Assembly: GCA_051294375.1 (NCBI GenBank) | Contig: CM119271.1 | Coordinates: 10,605,376-10,669,375 of the forward strand | Direction: 5' to 3' | Origin: Paraspadella gotoi | Lineage: Eukaryota; Animalia; Chaetognatha | Length of the DNA stretch: 64,000 bases | Shown: positions 12,901 through 26,785 of the stretch, one piece after another | How positions within the stretch are numbered: position 1 is the stretch's first letter | Layout of the letters: every line of letters starts with the position of its first letter | Notes under the pieces: generated by a model | What the model was told of the DNA's origin: nothing | Databases searched by the model: none | The model's input: only the letters and a program-made list of their open reading frames with translations | Translations under genes and position numbers: made by a program

Positions 12901-15900
12901 TCTCTCCAGCATCATGAACAATCTTAAGTTGGGCAGGGGTGCCAATACAGATTCCGTTGTTTTGGGAAATAACTTATTTCCTCCACAATCAACTGCCCAG
13001 GGAGTACCTTCTTTGTTAAATAATTCATCTTGGACAACTGGAATGAGCCAAATGCAAATTGGCCAAAATGCATTGACAGCGGCATTAAGTGGAACAGGAA
13101 CTTCTCAATCTAGCAATACCAGCAATTTAGCTGGTATTACGTCATTAACCAATTTTCAAGCAAATAATCCTAATGGATTGACTGCTGCCGCTCAAGCTCA
13201 ACTAGATGCTTCGGCTATTGGAGCTAATTCCAAATATCATGGCCTTAAAGTAACCCAAAATCCGATTGATAACAGGTTATCTCAACTGCCATCTGTCAAC
13301 CAGTCACAATCTGTTCCTTCAAACTTATTACCACAACAACCAGCTAAAAATCCCTCATTAGCTTCTGCTATCACCCAAGATATCTCATCACTTTTTCCAG
13401 AGATGAGTCAAAACTTCAGTCAGGAAATTGATGACGAAGCAAACTCTTACTTCCAACGAATTTATAACCATCCTCCACATCCTACGTTATCTATCGAGGA
13501 AGTACTGGAAATGTTAAAGAGATTTAAAGATTCCCACAATAAAAAAGAAAAGGATGTATTTTCTTGCATGCTTCGTAATCTGTTTGAAGAGTATCGATTT
13601 TTTCCGCAATATCCGGAAAGAGAATTAAGTATAACGGCATGTTTGTTTGGTGGCATAATTGCAGAAGGACTTGTGACTTATATGTCTTTAGGAATTGCTT
13701 TGAGGTATGTTTTAGAAGCCCTTCGAAAACCCATCACAACTAAAATGTACCTTTTTGGTATACGAGCTCTTGAACGTTTCAAACATAGATTAAAAGATTA
13801 TCCTCAATATTGCCAACATCTTGCTGCAATTCAGCATTTTAATAAATTTCCAAATCCTCTTATCGAGTACGTCGAGTATGGGGCAAGATCACAAGAGCCC
13901 CCGATTCCGACAACATTAAGCATGCCAGAAAGCCAACCAAGTCAGCTAGCTCCTGTAGTGACTTCCACTGTTACCATGGCTTCAGCACCGCAAACAAAAA
14001 CTACAAATACCACTGTCTCTGGAAAACAACCATCAATTGCCAATGCAACAAATATAGACACCCTTTTAGTTGCAACAGAAAGTGATGAAAAAATGGTGCC
14101 TTTGCCTGAGGATAAACAAGATAAGGTTGCTTTCATATTTAACAACCTTTCTCAAGCAAACATGCCACAAAAAAGTGAAGAGCTAAAGAAATTAATGAGT
14201 GATGAATATTGGCGCTGGGTTTCTCAGTATTTGGTTATGAAAAGAGTGTCAATTGAACCGAATTTTCATACTCTTTACGCTAACTTCTTAGATGCTTTAG
14301 ACAAAAAAGAATTTATTCAGATGATATTAAAAGAGACATTTAGAAATATTCGTGTCCTTTTGAGATCTGATAAAAGTGCAGCAAATTTTTCTGACCGAAC
14401 ACTTTTAAAAAACTTAGGTCATTTTCTTGGAATGTTAACCCTGATGAAGAACAAGCCAATACTTCACTTGGATATTGATATAAAATCACTTATTTTGGAA
14501 GCATTCATGAAGGGTCAGCAGGAAATGCTGTATGTGATTCCTTTTGTTGCCAAAGTTATGGAGTCATGTGCTAAAAGCAGAATTTTTAGGCCCCCTAATC
14601 CCTGGACTATGGGAATTATGAATCTTTTGGCTGAGCTTCATTCTGATGCTGATTTGAAGCTAAATTTGAAGTTTGAGATTGAGGTTTTGTGTAAAACCCT
14701 TGGGTTAGATCTTTCCGAACTAAGTCCTGGAAATCTGCTGAAGGACACAGAACGTTTATTAAACATTATTCCACAACTGTCTTCTCCCAAAGCAGTTTTG
14801 ACCACAGGGACGTTAATCAGCTCAACGTCAACGCCTCAACATCCATTAGATACTGGAACAACTCCTGTGTCAACTCCAACTTCTAATACCATCACAACCA
14901 CACCACAACCCCAAGTGCCTCTGACACCCCAGCCACAATTCTCCTATTTCGATGTTTCAACAAATTCTCCTGCTGGGCTTCAACCCCATTTACACATCAA
15001 TCCTTCAACACCTCTTTTCCATGCATACCCTCAGTTAAAACAAATGGTAAAGCCCTCAGTTGAACGTGCCATACAGGAGTTGATAATGCCAGTTGTTGAT
15101 CGATCTATAAAAATAGCTTTATCAACCTGTGAACAAGTTGTTAAAAAAGATTTTGCGTGCGATCCTGAAGAACAACGGTTAAGAATGGCTTCTCATCATA
15201 TGATGCGTTTTATGACAGCGGGAATGGCATTAATAACATGTAAAGAGCCTCTTTTGGTATCAATTTCCAACAATTTTAAAAATGCCTGCCTTGGAACCAT
15301 TCGCGGTGCAACTTCCCAACAGAAGGAGTTGATAGAACAAGCTGCGCAAGCTGTTTCCAATGACAATGTAGAATTAGGTTGTGTTTTTATCCAAAAAACA
15401 GCTGTTGAGAAAGCTCTTCCTGAAATTGATAAACGATTGCTGCAAGAAGTAGAATTTAGAAAGCAAGCAAAAAGTGATGGGAGAAGATTTTGTGATTCTT
15501 CGGTCATGATGTACCAGGCTGAAAGAATGCCAGAGCAAATAAGGTTGAAACTTGGAGGGGTTACTCCTCAACAAATTTCTGTATATGAAGAGTTTGCCAG
15601 AAATATTCCTGGGTTCACACCACCCAGCGAAAAAGAGCTCATGATGTTACAACAATCTGTATCATCAATCAATCAAGGATTAGCTGGTGGACAACCCATG
15701 CAGCCATTTTCTGACATTCAAAATCTTTTACGCCAGGGCGCCAAAACGCAGGATGAAGATTTACTTAGCATTTATGATAAATGTTTACAGGAAGTTGAAG
15801 GCACAATTCAACAATTTCATACCATTTTGACTTCTCTAACTCCAACACCTCCTGGCCGAGAATATTTAGCCACGCAGTATGCCGCTCTGACAAGTCTAAG

Positions 15901-18253
15901 AGAGGTGATTTTACTTGCTAGGACAAACCCTCGAGAAATCGTTCCTCCACAAAGCTTATTGCAGAAAGCTGTTGAAGGTATTTTGGAATGCGTTCAAGGA
16001 GTAAATCCAAGCCCCATAGATGAAGAACTTAGTTTGCGGTTTCAAAATTCGCATATTTTAATTCTTAAAGCTTTACAAAGTCAAAGAGTTTTCGGACAAG
16101 AGTGGACAAACAAGCAAATTACCCGACACATGACAGATTGTCGGGATGAATTGAAGTATAACGTTAAAGGTGTCAAATTACTCATCAAAAATCAATTGGT
16201 TGCTTTGCCTCAGTATGATTTAGCACTCTCTCAGTGGATGGAAAATGGTGTCAATTATGTGGCAATGGTTTTCTCAATGCAATTAGTTAAAAAGTTATTA
16301 GTAGACGAACTGAATTCTTACGTTACCGAAAACGATCTTTACAGCACTCTGGAAACTATGGCGAGAATTGCTACCCACGCTCGTCCTCCTCCTGATGGAT
16401 TACCAAAGCTTCTTGAAGCCGTCAGAAATGCGACGCAGAATTCCTTGAATATTCCTTCTTTACCCCAAGGCATCGTTCAGCCTCCTCTCGCTTCTTCAGA
16501 TATGGACCCGAATCGCCAGCAGCCATCTCACGGTGCCATTCCGGGCGGACCAACGTCGATGATGCATTCCGGTATCGCGCAGGCGAGAGAGTTCGACGAT
16601 CCCGCGGGGCTCCACGAGAAAACAGAATATTTGCTCCGCGAATGGGTTAACATGTATCATTCTCCAGCCGCTGGTAAAGATTCTACCAAAGCCTTTTCCG
16701 CCTTCGTGGGTCAAATGCATCAACATGGAATCCTGAAAACCGACGATCTTATTACGAGGTTTTTCCGGCTTTGCACCGAGATGTGCGTGGACCTTTGCTA
16801 CCGAGCTCTTTCCGAGCAAAGCAGTTACACTCCGACCATCGTCAGAGCAAAGTGTTTTCACACGCTCGATGCGTTCGTTAGGTTAATCGCGCTTTTGGTG
16901 AAACACTCCGGCGATTCTAACAATACGATTACAAAGATTAACCTTCTCAACAAGGTTTTGGGAATTGTAACTGGCGTGTTACTCCAAGATCACGAAGTCA
17001 GAGGAACTGATTTTCAACAGTTACCTTACCATCGGATATTCATTATGCTTTTCCTAGAATTGAACGCCCCCGAGCAGGTTTTGGAAGCGATCAATTTTTC
17101 AGTTTTGACGGCGTTTTGCAACACGTTGCACATTTTGCGACCGGCTAAAGCGCCTGCATTCGCTTACGCCTGGCTCGAATTAGTTTCTCATCGAGCTTTT
17201 ATCGGCCGACTCTTGATGGTGACTCCGCAGCAGAAAGGTTGGGGCATGTACGCCCACCTCATTATCGATCTGTTCAAATTCCTCGCTCCTTTCCTGCGCA
17301 ACGCCGAACTTACTAAGCCCACGCAACTGCTGTACAAAGGCACTCTCCGAGTTTTACTCGTCCTGTTGCACGACTTTCCCGAATTTCTTTGCGACTATCA
17401 TTATGCATTCTGCGATGTCATTCCTTGCAATTGCATTCAGATGCGTAATCTGATTTTGTCCGCTTTTCCGAGAAACATGCGATTGCCCGATCCATTCACG
17501 CCCAACCTGAAAGTGGACGTCCTGCCCGAAATCGCGTTGGCTCCTCGAATCTTAACCAGTTTCACTCAAGTGCTGCAAGAAAGAGCTTTTAAGAAAGATC
17601 TCGATAGCTATTTGAAGACGAGGGCTCCGGTCACGTTTCTCTCTGATCTGCGAGGCAATCTGCAACTCTCCAACGAGCCAGGTTTTCGCTACAACATCAG
17701 TCTTCTGAACGCCCTCGTGCTATACGTCGGCACTCAAGCCATCCAGGACATTCGTCACAACCGGAGCCTGGCTCCCTCCATCGCCACCATCGCCCATTCC
17801 TCTCACATGGACATTTTCCAGAACCTCGCCGTTGATCTCGACACGGAAGGCCGTTACTTGTTCCTCAACGCCATCGCCAACCAGTTGCGATATCCCAACT
17901 CTCACACGCACTACTTTTCCTGCACGCTGCTCTACTTGTTCGCGGAGGCCAACCTGGAGTCGATTCAGGAGCAGATCACGAGGGTGTTGCTCGAGCGTCT
18001 CATCGTCAATCGTCCGCACCCTTGGGGTCTCCTCATCACCTTCATCGAGCTCATCAAAAATCCTCAGTTTAAATTTTGGAATCACGATTTCGTCCGCTGC
18101 GCACCGGAGATCGAGAATCTGTTCGAATCCGTGGCGCGATCCTGCGGGATGCAACCATCGGGCAAACCCAGCACCAACACCCCGCCCGTGCAAGGAATCG
18201 CTCAAAACCGAGAAGACGGGAACAACTTGGCTATCACGGCTATTAACAAGTGA
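9988..18253 (+). CDS. CNOT1: CCR4-NOT subunit 1; exons 9988-10036, 10123-10203, 10578-10657, 10724-10864, 10937-18253
   Basis: Spliced N-terminus [25 protein letters not shown]...[18 protein letters not shown]...KDFHQTQYL...LSKVLKLS; C-terminal Not1 domain [14 protein letters not shown]...[22 protein letters not shown]. All introns GT-AG. Confidence 0.97.
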
Positions 18254-19204
18254 AGGTGAGGTTTGGATTGAAGGTGTTATAATTTATTACGTTTATTTTT
18301 TTTTTTTTTGGTTATTAGTGCAATGCAAATTGCTGATTATTAAAAATATTACTCTTGATTTAATTGCATTTTAATAAATAGAAAGTAAACACCATATGAT
18401 AAAATAAATAGTCGTAGGAATTTATTAAATATGACCAATTAAATTCTCTGTCTAATCTTACCAATGTTTTTGTAGGTTTCACGAATGAACGTTAACACCC
18501 AATTTTATGAAGAATTCATAATTTTTTGGCATTGGATAGACAACTTCAAGTTTAACGATTTTTTTTGGATGATATTTTTTCAAATGACATTTGAATTCCC
18601 TTCTCTCATTCACTGTATCATATTCATGTAAATATTTTCATTTTATTGTTTAGTTTTATTTAGAAAAGTAAAAACTTAAGTGTTTTTTAACTGCACGTAA
18701 CTCAGTTACAACGAGACGTATGATTTAAAACAATCGTTTACCTTTTTTTTTAAATTTCGGGGGGGTAATTAGGGAGAGAATGTTTACGCCGAATGTACTT
18801 AGGCGTAAATGTTTATTGATTGTGTTCATTGTTTTCTGTAACGTTCCTTTTACCTTTTGGAATACAGAAGTCTTGAAGTCTCAAGCGTTTAAAAATGTTC
18901 ACTCACTAAATATTCCTTCCTTCAATCCCCCTATCATTTCTACAGTTACAATAAAATGTAATAAATGAACGATAATGGAACGATTTTATAGGAAAAAAAG
19001 GAAATAACTTTCTGCAAATGAAATAAGATGAAAGAAAAATAATGGAAATAGAAAGTACGATTTTTAGTTGAGGCCCGACAGTAAAACTTTTCTATCGGTA
19101 TCCAAAAAAAAAAAAAAAAAAGGAAATGCCGGCTCGCGACGAATCTTTCCCTTTCTCTTTGGACAAATCCTCAGGCTCATCCTAATCCTTTCGTTTCGCG
19201 TGAA

Positions 19205-22200
19205 ATGAATTTCGCGCCTTTCTCGAAAAGGAAATGGAGAGAAACTTTGCCGAGTTTAATCGTCTCCCTGTTGTTGTTATCCGTTCGTTTCGGCGACGGA
19301 AATGGAGATCGCGATCCTCATCTCGACCGCGAGAAAAACGTTGGCGCCGTTCCGCGTCACAACGCCACCGTCACGGACGAACTCATCGTTTCCTACGAAA
19401 AATATCTGGACGCGAGAGAGAGACGAAGGATCGTCGAAACGGCATGGGGTCGAATCGTGGGAGAAAACTCCTCAGCCTTGGAGATCCTTCCCCACCACCC
19501 GCTCTTAGAGAAATTTCCCTCGGATTTCGACGTCTTGAAAATTCCCGCCGCCGTCGCCGTTCATGACGTCGTCGAGTCGCTGCGAAAGAGTCCGTGGATC
19601 AAACGCGTCTCTGCGCAAATGACCTTCAGACGAAGTCCGTTGGAGGACGGATCTTCGTTGGAAAAGACTTCCGAGAAAACTGGGGAGAAGGGCAGCAATA
19701 ATCCCTCGCCTTCTGGAACCTCGTCGGCTCACGAATACGCGGACGTTTTGAGATGGTACTCGAGGAGTTTGAGCGATAAAGATTTGACCCAACCCGCCAA
19801 GGGTCGGAGATTGTTGAGAGCGAGCAATGGGCCGAAACAAATTACCAAAGTCATGATGGCCCACAAGTTGTGGGAATTGGGCTATTCCGGGAAAGGCGTC
19901 AAGGTGGCAATTTTCGACACGGGTCTCAAGAAGGATCATCCGCATTTTCGACGGGTCAAGGAGCGCACCAACTGGACCAACGAGAACACCCTTGAAGACG
20001 GGTTGGGCCACGGAACCTTCGTCGCCGGCGTGGTGGCCAGTTCCATGGATTGTTTGGGATTCGCTCCCGACGCGGATCTTTACATTTTCAGAGTTTTCAC
20101 CAATAACCAGGTTTCCTACACCTCGTGGTTCCTCGACGCTTTCAACTACGCCATCTTGAAGAGGATCAACATTTTGAACTTGTCCATCGGCGGACCCGAT
20201 TTCATGGATCATCCCTTTGTCGACAAAGTTTGGGAACTGACGGCCAATAGAATCATCATGATCTCTGCCATCGGAAACGATGGGCCTCTCTACGGAACTC
20301 TCAACAATCCCGCGGATCAAATGGACGTCATCGGAGTCGGAGGAATCACTTACGAAGACCACATAGCGAGATTCAGTTCGCGGGGAATGACTACTTGGGA
20401 ATTGCCAGCCGGATACGGGAGATTGAAGCCCGACATCGTTACCTACGGCAGCCCCGTTCATTCCTCCGCCGTCAAAGGAGGCTGTCGAAGCCTCTCCGGC
20501 ACTTCCGTCGCGTCGCCCGTCGTCGCCGGCGCCGTGGCGCTCCTCTATTCCTCCGTCTTGCAAAAACAGCATCTTTTGAATCCCGGTTCCATGAAACAGG
20601 CGCTGATCGCGAGCGCTCAAAGAATCTCAGGGGTGAGCATGTTCGAGCAGGGTCACGGAAAACTCGACCTTCTCGGCGCGTTCAAGTTTTTGAAAAATTA
20701 CAAACCTCACATCTCGTGCAGCCCTTCCTACATCGACCTCACAGAGACTCCTTACATGTGGCCTTACTCGAGTCAGCCGTTGTATCACTCTGGAGCTCCG
20801 GTCGTCGTCAACGTGACGATTCTCAACGGGATCGACGTCACGGGATACATATTAGAAAGACCAGTCTGGGAGCCGTTCACTCAGGAAAACGGTTTGCTCC
20901 TCGAAGTCGCCATCACTCACTCCAAAGTGATTTGGCCGTGGAGCGGTTGGCTCTCCGTTCACGTGAAGGTCTCGCAAAGAGGAACTCAATTCGAAGGCGT
21001 CGCCCAGGGTCAAGTTTCCTTCACGGTAACGACTGTGTCCACGGAAGGAACTCGCGCCGATAAAGTGGTTGTCCCGCTGAAAGTGCCGATCGTGCCTACG
21101 CCTCCTCGCAAGAACCGCGTCTTGTGGGATCAATATCACAACTTGCGTTATCCCCCTGGTTATTTTCCTCGCGATAATCTGCGGATGAAAAACGACCCGT
21201 TGGACTGGAACGCGGATCACATTCACACGAACTTCAAAGATTTTTACATGCAGCTCCGTTCGGCGGGCTACTTCGTGGAAGTCCTCGGATCTCCCTTCAC
21301 CTGTTTCGACGCCAACAACTACGGAACGTTGATGATCGTCGATCCGGAGGAAGAGTTTTTCCCAGAAGAAATTTCCAAATTGCAGAAGGACGTCGCGGAA
21401 TCTGGACTCAGCGTCCTCGTCGTCGCCGATTGGTTCAACGTCACCGTCATGAAAAAGGTCAAGTTTTACGACGAAAACACCCGTCAGTGGTGGGTCCCGG
21501 ACACCGGCGGGGCCAACGTCCCGGCGATCAACGAACTCTTGAAACATTGGGGCATCGCTCTCGGCGATATCGTTTACGAAGGAGAATTCTCCATGTGCGA
21601 AAAGGAGATCTACTACGCCTCCGGGACGTCAATCGTCCGCTTTCCCCGCGACGGCGACCTAGTTTTCAAAAAGCTCAAGGATCAGGGTCACGGCGTTATC
21701 AACGGGGAGGTGAGGGACGGAGGCACCGTGCCCATTCTAGGCATGCTGCCCAACGCCGACTTGAAAGGAGGAAGGGTCGTCGTGTACGGAGATTCCAACT
21801 GCATTGACTCGGCTCATTTGCAAAAAGACTGTTTTTCTTTGATGTTGTCCCTGGTGGAATTCGCCGCCAAAAACGTCCGCGCTCCGCCACTGCTGTCCGA
21901 GATCGGCGCCAAGCCCGCGTCCCCCGAAGACGCGTTCGCCGAACATCGGGCGGAGGTGGACGCGAAGAAATCGATGGCGGATGATATTTCGAAGGAAACT
22001 AACATCAGCCAGTCGACGGACGGTGGGAAACAAAAGGTCAACTTCGCCGACGGTAAGTTAACAAGTTCATTAAAATATTATTCAAAACGGGATGGAGGCC
22101 TTACCTCATCATAGGCATAGCTTGTCCAGTGTAAGGGACAAAATGGGTTATTTAATATTTCTTGAATGAATGGATAATTTTTTAATTGGTTGTACTAATT

Positions 22201-22891
22201 TCCGAAGAGCAAAACATTGGAGAATAAAAACGGATTGAAAAAGCATCGTTGAAATTATCGTACCTTTTCCGTTGCAGTTTATAATCTTCCTCACCGTCGA
22301 GCCTTGCAACACGCGGACGAAAAAACTCTTGTTCTCCCCGAGCGACTCTTGTCCAATCAATTTCACAAATACTCGAAAGTCGTTTCCAAATACGGAATTT
22401 ACGAGAACGAGAAGACTCGATATTCTCACTCCAATTACGTACCCTTACCTCTGTGTCCGAGTCTGTCGTGGGGAGTTCCCAGGCCGTTAAACAAGTCCGG
22501 CCCAGAGACCAACTTGTACGCGCACATGAAGAAACTCCAGTCCGTTTCCTTTCGCGACAGCGTTTATGGGTTCGAATTAGAGGATCGAGAGGAGGCGAGA
22601 CGGACTGACGACTACGACGTCACGCCCGACGACGTTAACGCGGACAATGCCGAATCCGGTCTTCGCGCGACGCCTTTGTCTTTACTTACCTCGTACATTA
22701 AATATTTTTTACGAGTCATCGTGGAAAAGATAAGTTTCCCCGGAAGATTCGGTTCGGTTTTACTGCTCGTGTTTTTAATCATGTGCGTTTCGTTCTATAA
22801 GAGCTACTGGTCGTCTCGAAAAAATTTGAAGAGACAATCCTACAAGTTTCGTCGCTTAAAACGACTGATAGGGAAACTTCCCGGTGTGTAA
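19205..22891 (+). CDS. MBTPS1: Membrane-bound transcription factor site-1 protease (S1P/SKI-1); exons 19205-22051, 22278-22891
   Basis: Signal peptide; RRLL autocleavage site; subtilase triad motifs [21 protein letters not shown]; [20 protein letters not shown]; C-terminal TM segment and basic tail. Confidence 0.96.
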
Positions 22892-23468
22892 AACCTCCCA
22901 ATATATTTTCCGTTTTAACACGTTGTTTACTCTTTGATGTTTTCTTTTATACTCGATTTCGCGTTCAATTTTTGACCGATTATTGTGCATATTCACTGGC
23001 TTTATTTAAATATTTGAATATCCGTTAATTATTAAGGTTTAGGGCTAAAAGTGTAATAAATAATTATGTATGTGATGTATGATGATTGATGATATAACAA
23101 GCTTAGGCTTTATGCTTCGTCACAATTGAAACTTTTGAAAAGTAAATCCTATAGATCTGAGATTATGATAAACTTTCGAATATTCTGGATAAATTATCGA
23201 ATGACGTCGTTGCACTCTTGAGATTTTTAAATGCGCTTTGTCGCAAAGCACATTGTTCTAGAAAAACTCTTGTTGTTCGAGTTACCTTCGTCTTTATCAA
23301 ATTTTACAATGATCTCGAAACCCAAGTTCGAATTTAGATACGTGCGACCAGTTTGTTGGGAAAATGCGCGACTAAATTGTCAGCAAAACTCTCATTCAAA
23401 AAGGAAATTGCGTAGTACTCACTCTCTGCTATGGAATTACCTACAAGTTGAATATCATTCCCAAGACC

Positions 23469-26400
23469 ATGTCTTCGTTTAAGGACGTTCATATAGGTGA
23501 AAAATTAAATTGAATATTCAACATATACTTAGTCAACATTGGCGATTATAAAAAGTTTTTACTCATTTTCATTAGACCTTCTGGATGCGGAGCGATTGGA
23601 CGGAGTTTGGCACAGACAACGGAGCCAACTCCAAAATCGTCATCGTCGTTGTCGTATTTTTCAAAGGCCGAGATTAGAAATCGGTTGGTCCTATCCTAGA
23701 AAAGAACCTTGTCTTTTCTGTCCTCACTAGTTTTATTTCAAATAGTTCGAGTTTAAAAAGTTGCCGAGATTTTACGATAAATAGCGAATTCTCTGAAATT
23801 CCAAGGGCCCGACGGAAATCCGCTTCCTTCGCTGGCCAACGCCCCGGAAGGCGGACCTTCCGCTTTTTTCCACCACGCAGACCCGAACGCCGGCAGAGGG
23901 CGACTGCCGAGAGGATGCCCCGTCGTTCGTTCCCACCCTCCGAGGCGAGTTTTTGACAGAGAAAGAGACATATACGTACAGATAAACATGGTCGTACAGA
24001 GACATTTAACCGATGTCCTCCTTCAACTACAGAGCCCCTGGCGGTGGCGTTTGGGAACCGACGGAACCCGAAGGCGCCATTCCGTCCGCTCTTCCCGTGG
24101 CGCGGTTGCCTGGACTCGTCGGCCGATCCGTGGGGCCGTCGATGCTCGAAATCGCTTCGGCGAGAAAAACTCTGCCAGGTTTCTATTTTTAGAAGAAAAA
24201 AAACAACAAATTGATGAGCGACAAATTAATCATTCATTAAATAACTTAGTTTTCCAATTTTTTTTTCAGTCGGATTTCGAAGCGAACGAATCTCCATCGA
24301 GGGCGACCTCCTCTGCTACAACTCTGACAAACACGTGGACGGACGCGTGGGCAGCTTCGTCGCCGCGGATCCGCTCCGGCCCGGGGCCAACTACTTCGAA
24401 GTTGAGATCCTCGACACGGGTGAGAAAACAAATCGCCCTTCTATCCCTTCAACATTCTCCCTTTCATCCGTTGGTCCGCGACAGGTTCCAAAGGCGCCAT
24501 AGGAATCGGTCTCGCCCCCAAGACCTACCCTCTGGACCGGCAGCCGGGATGGAACCACGACTCTGTGGCCTTCCACGCCGACGACGGGAAACTCTTCAAG
24601 TGCAACGGGCAAGGAAGACCCTTCGGCACCAAGTGTCGAGCCGGGGATCGGATAGGATGCGGGATCAAGGTGAAGAAAGTTTGTGACATGTTTATAATTC
24701 GGCCATTTATTAATATTTATTAATATTTAAACAAAATTCATATTTTTTCCAAGTTCGATCAAATTTTGTTCGAGTGCGAAAAGGACGACGCGGGAAATGA
24801 ATTGGACGAAGGATCGCGAAGCTTCTCCGCCTCCGTGCGACGGAAGACGCCCGCCGAATTCGCGCGGTTCGGTTTTGTCTTTTTTTTCCTCCTTTACTAT
24901 AATTTTAAATGTTAATTATTATTCTCCCTCGTTCAGAATGTTTTCTCTCCTCCCGAGCCGCCGCGAGACGATGGTTCCGGTCTTCTTCACTCAAAACGGC
25001 GTCGAGATCGGAACGGTTTTGATGCCGATGGCCGTCGGCGGGCTCCACCCGGCCGTCGGGATGCACTCGGAAGGAGAGGAGGTGTGGGGGGGGGAGTCAT
25101 TTTGAAATTTTAAGATTATAGTATAATTATATATATAATTACCATGAAGATTATAGTATAACGCGTCACCAACTAGACTTTTTTTCTTTTTTTTTTTTTT
25201 TTGCAATGAAGGTCCGTCTGGTCCTCGACGCGCGGTGGAGCGCCGACGAAGGGAAGATGGTCGTCGACACCGAAGCCGAAGAGGAATGGTCGAGATTGCA
25301 CGACATGAGAATCAACATTTACGGCGACGCTGGCGTCCTCGAATACACGGGAAAGGGGAAGACGATAAGGTAAAGGCATTTTTATGATTTTATTACCTTT
25401 TAGACCGTTCGTTATTAAAATCTCGTAATTACTCGTAATTTGCAGCGACGTAGGATTGGCGATCGCCCGCAACGCCCTGGACACGTCCAATCACTATTTC
25501 GAAGTGGAGATCGTCGATCCGGGAGACAATTGCTACATCGCCGTCGGACTCGTGAGGAAAAACTATCCCAAGAAACGGCATCCTGGATGGAATCAAGGCT
25601 CCATCGCTTATCACGCCGACGACGGAAAATTGTTTACCGGTGAGTTGGGAGGGTTGTATTGTCTTTTGTTTTTTCCCCCAGAGTTTTATTGGTCTTTTGT
25701 TGGCAAATATTTTGTTTTTCATGCTTATTTTGTGGCTGCTATGATATTGCTAACTACCCGAATGACCACTGACCGAAGAACGAAAATTCTTTCAATCAAA
25801 TGGAGGGTGGATGACCTCGATAGCCAGTCAGTCAGTCAGTCAGCCAGTCATTGCTTGTACCGTTTTCTTAGAATGAAACGAATAGGATTTTTTTCGTCGG
25901 CATCAAGCGTTGCTAAATGTAAATTTCCTCGAATTCTCTGTAAAAATCCTACTGTTCTAAATCCTCGTTGGTTGTCTCTACAGGAAGCGGCGCGGGTTCC
26001 TCCTTCGGTCCTCGTTGCAAGAAGGGCGACGTCATGGGATGCGGGATTCTCTTTCCGCCCGACTTTTCGCCCGACGGCGACGCCGACGACGAAGCCGACG
26101 ACGGCGACGAGACCAAATCCTCTTCGTCGGCCGGCTCTTCGGCGGACGACGACGAATCTCAAAATTTGCCGGGTAATTTTGTAATCTCGGTAAAAGAGGG
26201 ATGGTAAATTAGATTTTGATGTTAAACTAAACTAAACTGTTCGTTGAGGGGGAAAAAAATGAAATAAGTCGAAGGGGGGGGATGTATATTGTACACAGTA
26301 ACAAGGTGTTTATGATTATTATGATTATTTCTCTAGAACCATTTTCCCGCGTTCCGGCCGACGTTTCCAAGGGAAGACGACTCCACGGAGAACTGGAGGA

Positions 26401-26785
26401 TTTCTTCGACTCTGTCTCAGAGTCCGACTCGGACAGTTCTCGCAACGACGGTGCTATAGGCGGTGGTGAGTTCGATCTCTCTGTCGACTAAAAAGACAAA
26501 AGAAAAATGACAAAATAATGACAAATGACGAAATATCCAAAATAATGGGGTATCCTTGTCGATCCGCTATCCCCAGGCCACTTGCCCTGCAAACGGCGCG
26601 GACTCCGTAAACGATCATCGGCCACCGAAGACGACGGTCCGCGCGTATCCGTCTTCTTCACTCGAAACGGTCAACTCGTGGGCAAACGGGAGGCGCCCGT
26701 CCCCTTTGGCGGATTCTTCCCTTGCGTCGGGATGCTCTCCGCCGATGAGAAGGTTCGCGTCGATCTTCATCCCTTGACGGGTTAA
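23469..26785 (+). CDS. SPRYD3: SPRY domain-containing protein 3; about 13 exons, including a GC-AG intron at 23945-24032
   Basis: Two SPRY repeats: NYFEVEILDTG...QPGWNHDSVAFHADDGKLF...GDRIGCGI and HYFEVEIVDPGDNCYIAVGL...HPGWNQGSIAYHADDGKLF; end VFFTRNGQLVGKRE...VRVDLHPLTG*. The N-terminal exons from MSSFKDVHI are less certain. Confidence 0.85.

Noticed and set aside
3249-18253. Very long uninterrupted ORFs suggesting prokaryotic, viral or retrocopy origin
   Set aside because: They are conserved metazoan genes, CNOT1 keeps 5' introns, and I see no poly(A)/TSD retrocopy scars.
513-22041. Long minus-strand ORFs (e.g. 4578-5612, 19505-20620, 20852-21547)
   Set aside because: Antisense shadows of GC3-rich + strand exons; no recognisable domains.
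25820-25851. (CAGT)n tract in a SPRYD3 intron as a mobile element
   Set aside because: No convincing termini; treated as a simple repeat.
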